DNA of 20,741 nucleotides, taken from contig DATJPN010000137.1 in assembly GCA_035506335.1 (NCBI GenBank), forward strand, positions 1-20,741, in the 5' to 3' direction. A program made the position numbers and the translations under genes. The first letter of the stretch is position 1. Every line of letters starts with the position of its first letter. This DNA comes from Steroidobacteraceae bacterium (lineage in GTDB: Bacteria > Pseudomonadota > Gammaproteobacteria > Steroidobacterales > Steroidobacteraceae). The notes below the pieces were generated by a model, which had not been told where the DNA came from, did no database searches, and saw only the letters and a program-made list of their open reading frames with translations. Below are positions 1 through 9,311 of the stretch, piece by piece.

Positions 1-28
1 GGTCATTTCCGCCGTTGCCCCGTTGAGG

Positions 29-52
29 TAAACTATCTAGAGATATCTGACT
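29..52 (+). promoter_or_regulatory. AT-rich putative promoter/operator upstream of the dioxygenase operon
   Basis: This is an AT-rich island (taaactatctagagatatctga) in an otherwise GC-rich context, directly upstream of the first gene. It contains the perfect palindrome AGATATCT at 41-48, an overlapping TCTAGA, and a TAAACT -10-like hexamer at 29-34. Its upstream part is cut off by the window edge. Confidence 0.25.
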
Positions 53-92
53 CTTGTCCGTCGTGGAAGACGGCCTTTTCGGGGGATCAAAG

Positions 93-1049
93 ATGAGCGT
101 GAATAACTACATCAGGCGGCATCATCATCTGACGCTGAGTGTCGGCAATGCCCAGGAAGATTACGACTTCCACACCAAGGTGCTCGGACTGAAGAGCGTC
201 AAGAAGACCGCGCTCTACGACGGCGATGAGCCGATCCTGCATCTTTATTATGGAAACGATACCGGCGACGTGAGCCGCCTGATCACCTGCTTTCCGATGA
301 AGCACTCCGGGCGCAAGGCCCGCAAGGGGACCGGCCAGATCTGCACCGTCTCGCTGTCGATTCCGCAAGGGTCCGCAGGGTTCTGGCGCGATTACCTGCA
401 GGGGCGCGGATTTGCCGTGCAGGTCCAGGAACGCTTTGGCGAGCGGCTGGTCGCCTTCCATCATCCCTGCGGCATCGAATACGAGCTGATCGAGGCGCAG
501 GACGACTCGCGGGCGCCCTACAGCAATGGTGCAGTGCCGCAGGAACACGGTCTGCGCGGCACCTACGGCATCGTGGTGTCCGTTCGTGACGCGGACAATT
601 CCGAGGAATTCATGCAGGGTGGCTGGAACGGGCGGCGGGTCGGAAGCGACGGGCGGCACGTCCGCTACGAGGTCGGCGACGGCGGCAGTGGCGCCATCGT
701 CGAATTCCGGGTCGAGCCGGACGTGCCGGCCGGCAGCTGGACCTACGGGGAGGGCGTGCCGCACCACGTCGCGTTCGAAGTCGCTGATCACGACGCGCAG
801 GCCAAGGTGAAATTCCATCTCGAGGGCCTGGGTTTCACGGATGTCTCGGAGATGAAGGATCGCGGCTACTTCGATTCGGTGTACGTGCGCACGCCCGGTG
901 GCGCGCTGTTCGAGGCCACCGTGTCCAAGCCGCAGGGCTTCCTGGTCGATGAGCCCTACGAGAAGCTGGGCACGACCATGCAGATCCCGCCGTTCTTCGC
1001 CAATCGTCGCGAGGAGTTGCTGGAGAAGATCGAGCCGCTCAAGTATTGA
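93..1049 (+). CDS. Two-domain VOC-family hydroquinone-type ring-cleavage dioxygenase (LinE/PcpA/MhqO family)
   Basis: The translation MSVNNYIRRHHHLTLSVGNAQEDYDFHTKVLGLKSVKKTALYDGDEPILHLYY...HHVAFEV...GYFDSVYVRTPGGALFEAT aligns along its whole length with (chloro)hydroquinone 1,2-dioxygenases (LinE/PcpA type), including the HH.T and HHVAF metal-ligand motifs. I place the start at ATG 93, which has a GGGGGA SD at 81-86. The track's position 54 is a TTG with no RBS. Confidence 0.85.
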   Translation: MSVNNYIRRHHHLTLSVGNAQEDYDFHTKVLGLKSVKKTALYDGDEPILHLYYGNDTGDVSRLITCFPMKHSGRKARKGTGQICTVSLSIPQGSAGFWRDYLQGRGFAVQVQERFGERLVAFHHPCGIEYELIEAQDDSRAPYSNGAVPQEHGLRGTYGIVVSVRDADNSEEFMQGGWNGRRVGSDGRHVRYEVGDGGSGAIVEFRVEPDVPAGSWTYGEGVPHHVAFEVADHDAQAKVKFHLEGLGFTDVSEMKDRGYFDSVYVRTPGGALFEATVSKPQGFLVDEPYEKLGTTMQIPPFFANRREELLEKIEPLKY

Positions 1050-1099
1050 GGTGACGGCCCGCGGCCGCCGGAGGATTGCCACAGGCGGCCGCGATCGAG

Positions 1100-1948
1100 A
1101 TGTCTTCATTCCACTCTCTTGCCGAGGCCATTGCCGCACACGTCCATGATGGCGACAGGGTGGCGATGGAGGGCTTCACGCACCTGATTCCCTTTGCGGC
1201 CGCGCACGAGGTGCTGCGGCAGGGCCGCAGGCATCTCACCCTGATCCGGATGACGCCCGACCTGATCTACGATCAGCTGATCGGCATGGGCGCCGCGGAT
1301 CGGCTGGTGTTCTCGTGGGGCGGCAACCCCGGAGTCGGATCCCTGCATCGATTGCGGGATGCGGTCGAGAACGGCTGGCCGCAGCCGCTGCTGCTCGAGG
1401 AGCATTCCCATGCGGCGATGGCGAATGCCTATGAGGCCGGGGCGGCCAACCTGCCTTTCGCGGCATTCCGCGGCTATATCGGCGTGGATCTGCCCAGGGT
1501 CAACCCGAATATCCGCCGTGTCGAATGTCCATTCACCGGGGAAACGCTGGCGGCCGTACCGGCGATCCGCCCGGACGTGACCATCATCCACGCGCAGCGC
1601 GCCGACCGGGACGGCAATGTGCTGCTCGAGGGCATCGTCGGCGTGCAGAAACAGGCGGTGCTCGCCGCGAAGCGCGCCATCGTGACGGTCGAGGAGATCG
1701 TCGATGAACTGCATGCGCCGGGGCTCAACGCGGTGGTGCTGCCGTCATGGACGATCACGGCCATCGCCGAAGTTCCCGGCGGCGCCTGGCCGTCCTACGC
1801 ACAGGGGTACTACCGGCGCGCCAACTCGTTCTATACGCAATGGGACGAGATCTCACGCGACCGCGACCGATTCCGGAGCTGGGTGCAGGAGCACGTGATG
1901 ACGAAGGGTCCCGAGGCTTTCCGGGCGCACAGCCGGCGCACGGGCTGA
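1100..1948 (+). CDS. CoA-transferase subunit A (GctA-like family I CoA-transferase; candidate 3-oxoadipate:succinyl-CoA transferase alpha)
   Basis: The N-terminus MSSFHSLAEAIAAHVHDGDRVAMEGFTHLIPFAAAHEVLRQ matches glutaconate/3-oxoadipate CoA-transferase A subunits. I chose ATG 1100 over TTG 1076 because of this homolog N-terminal alignment. The gene ends 9 nt before the B-subunit start. Confidence 0.85.
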   Translation: MSSFHSLAEAIAAHVHDGDRVAMEGFTHLIPFAAAHEVLRQGRRHLTLIRMTPDLIYDQLIGMGAADRLVFSWGGNPGVGSLHRLRDAVENGWPQPLLLEEHSHAAMANAYEAGAANLPFAAFRGYIGVDLPRVNPNIRRVECPFTGETLAAVPAIRPDVTIIHAQRADRDGNVLLEGIVGVQKQAVLAAKRAIVTVEEIVDELHAPGLNAVVLPSWTITAIAEVPGGAWPSYAQGYYRRANSFYTQWDEISRDRDRFRSWVQEHVMTKGPEAFRAHSRRTG

Positions 1949-1956
1949 AGGACGCC

Positions 1957-2739
1957 ATGACCGGGAAAACCGCCGCGCCCTGCAGCCCCTCCGAGATGAT
2001 GACGATCGCGGCGGCGCGGGCCCTGCGCAACCGCGACGTGTGTTTCGTCGGCATCGGCGCCCCCTCGGCCGCGTGCAACCTGGCGCGGCTCACGCACGCG
2101 CCGCAGATCACCCTGATCTACGAATCCGGGACCATCGGCGCCCGCCCGGGCGTGCTGCCGTTGTCGATCGGCGACGGGGAGCTGTGCGAGACCGCACTGA
2201 CCACCGTCTCGGTGCCGGAGATGTTCCGCTACTGGCTGCAGGGCGGCCGCATCACGGTGGGGTTTCTGGCCGGCGCACAGATGGACCGCCATGCGAACCT
2301 CAACACCACGGTGGTCGGCAGCTACGAACACCCGAAGGTGCGCCTGCCGGGCGGCGGCGGGGCACCGGAGATCGCCTCGAGCTGCCAGGAGATCTTCATC
2401 ACGATGCCGATGTCGCCGCGAACCTTCGTCGCCCAGTTGCCGTTCATTACCTCGCTGGGCCACGGGACGGGCCGCGGATCGCGGGCAGCCCTGGGCCTCG
2501 CGACCCGAGGGCCGACGCGGGTCATGACCGACCTGTGCGTGCTCGAGCCGGACCCGGAAGACTGCGAGCTGGTGGTGACGTCATTGCACCCCGGTGTCAC
2601 CCGGGATGCCGCCCGGGCGGCCTGCGGCTGGGCACTGCGATTCTCGCCAGCGCTCGCGACGACCGCGGCGCCGTCGGCGCAGGAGCTGCAGGTGCTGCGT
2701 GATCTGCAGGCGCGTTCGGCCGCGGCACATCGGGAGTAG
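1957..2739 (+). CDS. CoA-transferase subunit B (GctB-like; candidate 3-oxoadipate CoA-transferase beta)
   Basis: MTGKTAAPCSPSEMMTIAAARALRNRDVCFVGIGAPSAACNLA...ESGTIG is typical of the B subunit of two-subunit family I CoA-transferases. The ATG at 1957 sits directly after the A-subunit stop. The upstream 70 codons of the track ORF (1747-1956) overlap gene A in another frame and are spurious. Confidence 0.85.
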   Translation: MTGKTAAPCSPSEMMTIAAARALRNRDVCFVGIGAPSAACNLARLTHAPQITLIYESGTIGARPGVLPLSIGDGELCETALTTVSVPEMFRYWLQGGRITVGFLAGAQMDRHANLNTTVVGSYEHPKVRLPGGGGAPEIASSCQEIFITMPMSPRTFVAQLPFITSLGHGTGRGSRAALGLATRGPTRVMTDLCVLEPDPEDCELVVTSLHPGVTRDAARAACGWALRFSPALATTAAPSAQELQVLRDLQARSAAAHRE

Positions 2740-2742
2740 GGA

Positions 2743-3966
<1,224 letters not shown>

Positions 3967-3988
3967 AGAAATAATTCATGGGGGACTT

Positions 3989-5608
3989 ATGACTGACCGG
4001 CGCCGTTTCATCGGCATGAGCACCTTCGCGGCGGGCGCACTTGCCGCCAGAGTACCGATCGTGATGGGCGAGGAGGGCGCTGCCACGCCGTCCATCGTGG
4101 CCACCACGACCGGAAAGATCCGCGGCACCTTCGCCTCGGGCGTTCATGCCTTCAAGGGTATTCCCTATGGCGCCACCACGGCAGGCTCGGGCCGGTTCCT
4201 GCCGCCCGGCCGGCCGAAGCCCTGGACCGGAGTGCGCGACACCACGGCGCTCGGTCCGCGCTCCCCGCAGCTGCTGTCGGCGTTTCACGGCCAGGTGCCG
4301 CCCGAAGTCGAGGTCATGGACCGCGACGAGATGATGGGCGAGGACTGCCTGGTGCTGAACGTGTGGACCCCCACGCTCGATCGCGCGCGCAAGCTTCCGG
4401 TGATGGTCTGGCTGCATGGCGGAGGGTTCACGAGCGGCTCGGGGGGCTTCATCTGCTACGACGGCCTGCAGCTGGCGAAGAAGCACGAGGTCGTGGTCCT
4501 GACGGTCAATCACCGGCTCTCGGCCTTCGGCTACCTGTATCTGGCGGGGTTCGGCTCCGGGCACTACGATGCGGGCAGCAACGTCGGCAATCTGGACATC
4601 GTCGCGGCGCTCGAATGGGTCCGGGACAACATCGCCACCTTCGGCGCGGATCCCGGCAACGTCACCCTGTTCGGCCAGTCCGGAGGCGGCGGCAAGGTCA
4701 GCTCGCTGATGGCGATGCCGGCCGCGCGGGGCCTGTTCCGGCGGGCGATCGTCCAGAGCGGCGCCTCCGTGAAGGGGATCTCGCGCGATGCGGCGAGCCA
4801 GACCGCCGAACGGTATCTCGCGCGACTGAATCTCAAACCCAACCAGCTCGAGCAATTGCCGGACATCCCGCTGCAGCAGCTGCTTGCGGCGACCGATGTG
4901 AAGGGCGGCCCGCCCCTGTCCTTCGGTCCCGTGGTCGACGGCCGCTCATTGCCGACGGATCCGTTTGATCCGGTGGCGCCCGAGCAGTCCGGCAGCGTGC
5001 CGTTGCTGATCGGGACCGTGGAGACCGAGGTGACGTTCTTCCCGGGCCAGCCGCTCGAGCCGATGGATGATGCCATGCTGCACGCGAAGGTGAAGCAGCT
5101 GCTGCGCAACGCCGAGGATGCCGACGTGGACCGGGTCATCGCCGCCTATCGCGCGGGCCGGCCGGACCGGGCCAATACCGACATCTACCTGATCATGGCA
5201 TCCGATGCGACCTTTCGGGCCAACGTGCTGCTCGAGACCGAACGCAAGGCCGAGCAGACGCAGGCTCCGGTGTATCAGTACTACTTCACCTGGCGCTCGC
5301 CGGTTCGCGAGGGCAAGCTGCGGACGTACCACACCCTGGAGATTCCCTTCGTCTTCGACAATGTCGATGCCGCCCAGTCCATGACCGGCACGGGCGCGGA
5401 CCGGTATGCGCTCGCGACGCAGATGAGCAGCGCCTGGGTCGCCTTCGCGCGCACCGGCAACCCCAATCACGCGGGGCTGCCGGACTACTGGGTGCCCTAC
5501 GACAATACGCGGCGCGCCACGATGGTGTTCAACAACCCCTCGAAGCTGCTCAACGACCCCTACGGCAGCGAACAGCGGCTGCTGCGATCACTGCTGCGGC
5601 GGGCCTGA
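3989..5608 (+). CDS. Tat-secreted carboxylesterase, type B (para-nitrobenzyl-esterase family alpha/beta hydrolase)
   Basis: The N-terminus has a twin-arginine motif, MTDRRRFIGMSTFAAGALAA. Family motifs are present: EDCLVLNVWTP, the oxyanion region VMVWLHGGGFTSGSG, and the nucleophile elbow FGQSGGG. The SD is GGGGGA. Confidence 0.85.
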   Translation: MTDRRRFIGMSTFAAGALAARVPIVMGEEGAATPSIVATTTGKIRGTFASGVHAFKGIPYGATTAGSGRFLPPGRPKPWTGVRDTTALGPRSPQLLSAFHGQVPPEVEVMDRDEMMGEDCLVLNVWTPTLDRARKLPVMVWLHGGGFTSGSGGFICYDGLQLAKKHEVVVLTVNHRLSAFGYLYLAGFGSGHYDAGSNVGNLDIVAALEWVRDNIATFGADPGNVTLFGQSGGGGKVSSLMAMPAARGLFRRAIVQSGASVKGISRDAASQTAERYLARLNLKPNQLEQLPDIPLQQLLAATDVKGGPPLSFGPVVDGRSLPTDPFDPVAPEQSGSVPLLIGTVETEVTFFPGQPLEPMDDAMLHAKVKQLLRNAEDADVDRVIAAYRAGRPDRANTDIYLIMASDATFRANVLLETERKAEQTQAPVYQYYFTWRSPVREGKLRTYHTLEIPFVFDNVDAAQSMTGTGADRYALATQMSSAWVAFARTGNPNHAGLPDYWVPYDNTRRATMVFNNPSKLLNDPYGSEQRLLRSLLRRA

Positions 5609-5625
5609 GCCAAGGCCTTGCGGAG

Positions 5626-5658
5626 GCCCCCGGCCGCGGGTCACCCCGCGTTGGGGGC
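5626..5658. terminator. GC-rich two-tier hairpin in the convergent junction (esterase 3' end / MFS 3' end)
   Basis: The inner stem is CGCGGG(5635-5640)-TCAC-CCCGCG(5645-5650), and the outer stem is GCCCCC(5626-5631)/GGGGGC(5653-5658). It overlaps the MFS stop codon. No U-tract follows on either strand. Confidence 0.3.
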
Positions 5659-6906
5659 TCGATCCAGTACCGAGACGTGATCGGCGGGCGCGTTGCGCGT
5701 GCGCCGCGGCGCGGTCTCCCGCAGGAACACCGCCAGCACCAGACCCAGCAGCTGCCCGCCGAGCGCGAAGTACAGCGTGTACTGGATGCCCGAGTGCTGC
5801 GCGATGGACCCGGCGATCGACGGGGCCACACCCCCGCCGAAGATCTCCCCCGCACCGATCACGAGGCCGGCAGCCGAGGCCACGAGCCCCGCGGGGGCCG
5901 CCTCGGCGGGAATCGGCCCGGCCAGGATGGCCAGGGCTCCGAAGTTGAACATCGCCGCCACGAACAGCAGCCCGAAGAGCACGGGCATGCTGGCCCCGGC
6001 ATGGATGAACAGCCACAGCGATATCGACGCGATCACGAATGAAGCCAGCGTGGCGGTCCGGCGGCCGATGAAGTCCGACACCGTGAGCAGCCCGAACTGG
6101 CCCAGTGCCCCGCCGAAGCCGATGGCGGAGGTGACGATGCCCATCTGCGGACCGGTCAGCTTGACGAAATCGACGAGGTAGTTGGGCATCATCGCCGAGA
6201 GCACGAAGATGCCCGTCATCGCGCACAGCAGCGTCACCATGGCCAGCGGCACGTTGCGATGCCTGAAGAGGGCCCCGAGGGAGGCGCGTGCGACGACGGC
6301 CGTGCCGCGCTGCGCGGCGAGGGTCGCCGGTTCGCGGATCACGAACCAGAGGATCACCGCGACCACGATACCCGGCAGGCCGACGATCCAGAAGACGTGC
6401 CGCCAGGTCGTGAACAGCAGCAGCTGGGTGGCGAGGATGGGGCCGATGCCGCTGCCGAACAGCGACACCGTGCACTGGAAGATGCCGTTGTTCATGCCCC
6501 GGCGCGAGGGATGCGAGGCCTCGACGGCGACCGCGACGCCGGTGGAAGCGACCGGACCTTCGAAGGCACCCATGACGGCGCGGATCAGCAGCAGGCTCAC
6601 GAGGCCCGTGGCCATGCCGCTCAACACCGAGAGCAGCGAGAACACCACGACGGAGGGCACGAGGACGCTGCGCCGGCCGAGCCGATCCGACAGGAAACCG
6701 GTGGCGATGGCCGAGGCTCCCCAGCAGATGCCGAGCACCGCCACCAGGTTGCCGAGATCCTGGTAGGTGAGCGGCAGGTCCTTCATGATGGCCGGAAACA
6801 GCGGTGGCAGGATGAAGCGGTCGATGCCCACCAGACCGAAGGCAAGGCTCAGCGTCAGGAGCGCCTTCCACTCGTAGGACACATCCCAGGGCTTCTCGTT
6901 GGACAT
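5641..6906 (-). CDS. MFS transporter (12-TM major facilitator)
   Basis: The 421-aa hydrophobic protein has the MFS loop signature GFLSDRLGRRSVL and multiple predicted TM helices. A GGGGGA SD precedes the ATG at 6906. Confidence 0.85.
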   Translation of the reverse strand: MSNEKPWDVSYEWKALLTLSLAFGLVGIDRFILPPLFPAIMKDLPLTYQDLGNLVAVLGICWGASAIATGFLSDRLGRRSVLVPSVVVFSLLSVLSGMATGLVSLLLIRAVMGAFEGPVASTGVAVAVEASHPSRRGMNNGIFQCTVSLFGSGIGPILATQLLLFTTWRHVFWIVGLPGIVVAVILWFVIREPATLAAQRGTAVVARASLGALFRHRNVPLAMVTLLCAMTGIFVLSAMMPNYLVDFVKLTGPQMGIVTSAIGFGGALGQFGLLTVSDFIGRRTATLASFVIASISLWLFIHAGASMPVLFGLLFVAAMFNFGALAILAGPIPAEAAPAGLVASAAGLVIGAGEIFGGGVAPSIAGSIAQHSGIQYTLYFALGGQLLGLVLAVFLRETAPRRTRNAPADHVSVLDRAPNAG

Positions 6907-7019
6907 CGTTCCCCCTTTGATCCGGACTCTTGCTTTACTTTATGTTTTGCACCCGCAGCATGGGGTGCGGGTCGTTTTCCCGCGCATCATCGGCCCAAGG
7001 TCATGCGCCAGTCAATCGA
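6907..7019 (-). promoter_or_regulatory. Intra-operon spacer with AT-rich patch and hairpin (possible internal promoter / 5'-UTR structure for the MFS gene)
   Basis: This is a 113-bp gap in an otherwise tightly packed minus-strand operon. It holds the AT-rich tgctttactttatgttttgc (6931-6950). It also holds the hairpin ACCCGCA(6951-6957)-N8-TGCGGGT(6966-6972), which is followed by a T-run on the plus strand only. Confidence 0.2.
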
Positions 7020-8105
7020 TCAGTGTCCACCGGGACCGCTGGCCCAGGCCATGCCATCGGGCTGATTCGCGGGTATCTCGGCGGCGACCTGCAGCGTGCG
7101 CAGATCGATCACGGCGACCTTGCCACCCTGGTTGACGGCGACGAACGCGCGCGTGCCGGAGGGATCCATGAGTATTCCCGCCGACCCGCCGCCCAGGTCG
7201 AAGGCCTTGATGAGCCGGTGCGAGGCGGCATCCAGCACCACCAGATTGTTGCCGCCGGCTTGCGGCGCGGGCCCGAAGGCGCCGAGTCCCGTCACCAGGA
7301 CGCGCCGGCCGTCCAGGGTGAACTTCAGCCGGTTGGCGCCCTTGACCGCGACCGCAAAGGTGGCCAGCACCTTCATGCCGGCCACGTCGATGACCGTGAT
7401 CGTGCCATCCTGGGCATTGGCGGCCCAGAGCTGCCGCCCGTCCGGAGACAGATCGAAACCCTCCGCGCCCCTGCCGGCCGGAACGTTCGTCACTTCCCAC
7501 ACCTTGCGTGGGCCGAACCCGGACGGGGGACGCCCAGCGCCGGGCGGCGGGCCGAAGCCGCGCATCTGCGTGCGCAGGATGCTGATGGTGCCGGAGGCCA
7601 CATTGGACGTGTAGATATGCTCCAGGTCGGGGGCGACCCGGATCATGTGGGTCCGGTCCTGGCCCGTGCCCAGTACCCAGTCGACGCGCTGCGTGGCCGG
7701 ATCGTAGCGGCCAATCACCTTGTTCGTTTCCGCGGTGAAATACAGTTCACCCCCCTGGAAATCCAGCCCGTGAGCGGAGTGCAACGCTCCCAGGTCGATC
7801 GGCGGCAGCGGCCTGCGCATCACCAGATCGATGACGGATATGAAATTCAGGCTGCCGCCCTCGCCGCCGTAGTTGGAGATATAGGCGCGCGTCGCATCGC
7901 CCGAGGCGATGACCTCGTGCGGATCCGGGCCCGAGGGCACGCGCGCGCTCACCTCAAGGCTCACCGGATCGACGATGGCCAGCGTGCTGGAGCCCTTTTC
8001 CAGCACCAGCAGTTGCGCCGCCGGTGCCGTCCCGGAGCCGAGCGAAGCGGCCAGCAGCATCGCTGCCGGGACCATGAGACGTTGCAATCCGGAGCGGCGG
8101 ATCAT
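7020..8105 (-). CDS. Secreted YVTN-family 7-bladed beta-propeller protein (lactonase-like fold)
   Basis: The N-terminus MIRRSGLQRLMVPAAMLLAASLGSGTAPAAQ is a signal peptide. It is followed by repeated ~40-aa propeller blades (GTISIL, GTITVIDV, GKVAVIDL). The SD is GGGAGAA, and the gene starts 13 nt after the dehydratase stop. Confidence 0.75.
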   Translation of the reverse strand: MIRRSGLQRLMVPAAMLLAASLGSGTAPAAQLLVLEKGSSTLAIVDPVSLEVSARVPSGPDPHEVIASGDATRAYISNYGGEGGSLNFISVIDLVMRRPLPPIDLGALHSAHGLDFQGGELYFTAETNKVIGRYDPATQRVDWVLGTGQDRTHMIRVAPDLEHIYTSNVASGTISILRTQMRGFGPPPGAGRPPSGFGPRKVWEVTNVPAGRGAEGFDLSPDGRQLWAANAQDGTITVIDVAGMKVLATFAVAVKGANRLKFTLDGRRVLVTGLGAFGPAPQAGGNNLVVLDAASHRLIKAFDLGGGSAGILMDPSGTRAFVAVNQGGKVAVIDLRTLQVAAEIPANQPDGMAWASGPGGH

Positions 8106-8117
8106 GAGGTGTTCTCC

Positions 8118-9311
8118 CTAGGTGTTCTGCGTCCACGGATGAGTGGCGACGGCGCGTTCGTCGATGTCCGCGCCCCACCCGGGTCCTTCCGGAATCCGCA
8201 GGCGGCCACGTTCGATCTGCGGGGGGCGCGTGAGCAGCTGGTACTTCCACGGCACGTCATCGCCCTCGATTTCCATGATTTCCAGGTTCGGCACGGCCGC
8301 GCAGAAGTGGGCGCTCATCAGGTCGGCGAGCGGGCCATAGAAATTATGCGGTGCCACATTCACGTCCCAGTTCTCGGCGAGCGCGGCGATCCGCACCGAT
8401 TCGGCGAGGCCGTTCCAGAGTACATCGACGACCGCGACGTCGACGGCTCCGGCCTCGAGGTAGGGCAGGTAGGCGCGTCGACCGTACAGTGACTCGAGGG
8501 AGGCAATGGGGATGCGCACCGCGGCGCGCAGCTGCGCCAGGGCCGCCGGGGAGGCGAGATCGGCCTCGAGCCACTTCAGATCCAGGGGTTCCAGCGCCTG
8601 CGCCAGGTGACGCAAGGTTCCCGCGTGCAGTGAAAAATTGCAGTCGAGCATCAGGCCGCAGTCCGCGCCGAGTCCCTCCTGCAGGGCCCGGCACTGCGCG
8701 ACGATGCCCCGGAGCGTGCCATCCGCAAGCGTGCGCTCCAGCTGAAGACCCTCGGGCGCGAACCCGGGATTCAGGAGCGTCGGGGCGCCGGCGCCGAATG
8801 CCATGGGGTTGGTCTTGACGGCCTGGTAGCCGCGCGAGCGCGCCTCCCGTCCGAGTTCGGTCAGGTCCGGCAGTCCCCGGATCCGGGGCTGACCGATGAG
8901 TTGTTCGAAGAGCTCCGGATGTCGGAGGCGGAAACTGCCGCAGTGAGACCAGTACAGCTGCGCCTCCTGACGGAACGCGCCGCCGAAGAGCGCGTAGACC
9001 GGCACGCCGGCAGCCTTCGCCGCGATGTCGAGGCAGGCATTCTCGATCGCCCCGACGGCCTGCTGCACGAGCCCGCCGGCGGTGAACTGCGTCATGGCAC
9101 GCAATCGGGCCGACAGCCGGCCGAACGCCCGGGGGTCCGCGCCGGCGACGTGGTTGCCCAGGGCCTGGATGCTCTCGGCGAGCGCCGGTGCCCACAGCGC
9201 CTCGGCAAACTCCGACCAGCCGCACAGGCCCGTGTCGGTGCGGACGCGCAGGAAGGACAGCGGGCGCCAACCCCCGTCGGCGCGGAAGATCTTCAGATCA
9301 GCGATGCGCAT
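8118..9311 (-). CDS. Enolase-superfamily dehydratase (mandelate racemase/muconate lactonizing enzyme family; D-galactonate-dehydratase-like)
   Basis: From ATG 9311 the N-terminus MRIADLKIFRADGGWRPLSFLRVRTDTGLCGWSEF matches the DgoD-like N-terminus (..ITDLK.F..P.W.FLKIETDEG..GWGE). The longer track ORF has a low-complexity N-terminal extension read from the overlapping dehydrogenase gene. Confidence 0.8.
   Translation of the reverse strand: MRIADLKIFRADGGWRPLSFLRVRTDTGLCGWSEFAEALWAPALAESIQALGNHVAGADPRAFGRLSARLRAMTQFTAGGLVQQAVGAIENACLDIAAKAAGVPVYALFGGAFRQEAQLYWSHCGSFRLRHPELFEQLIGQPRIRGLPDLTELGREARSRGYQAVKTNPMAFGAGAPTLLNPGFAPEGLQLERTLADGTLRGIVAQCRALQEGLGADCGLMLDCNFSLHAGTLRHLAQALEPLDLKWLEADLASPAALAQLRAAVRIPIASLESLYGRRAYLPYLEAGAVDVAVVDVLWNGLAESVRIAALAENWDVNVAPHNFYGPLADLMSAHFCAAVPNLEIMEIEGDDVPWKYQLLTRPPQIERGRLRIPEGPGWGADIDERAVATHPWTQNT

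Noticed and set aside
54-92. TTG at 54 as the dioxygenase start
   Set aside because: There is no RBS there. ATG 93 has a GGGGGA SD and gives an N-terminus (MSVNNY..HHLTL) colinear with LinE/PcpA-type enzymes.
87-1139. 350-aa antisense ORF opposite the dioxygenase gene
   Set aside because: The translation is R/G/P/A-rich low complexity, typical of the opposite strand of a high-GC gene. The sense-strand gene has a full-length family match and a good RBS.
1747-1956. 70-codon N-terminal extension of the CoA-transferase B ORF in the six-frame track
   Set aside because: It overlaps the CoA-transferase A gene in a different frame. Homologs start at MTGKTAAP (ATG 1957), directly after the A stop.
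5588-6871. 427-aa minus-strand ORF in another frame of the MFS transporter region
   Set aside because: It is an alternative frame of the real MFS gene. The translation is Arg/Gly/Pro-rich without TM helices. The MFS frame (5641-6906) gives a coherent 12-TM protein.
6930-8492. 520-aa plus-strand ORF spanning the propeller and dehydratase genes
   Set aside because: It is antisense to two supported minus-strand genes and is low complexity.
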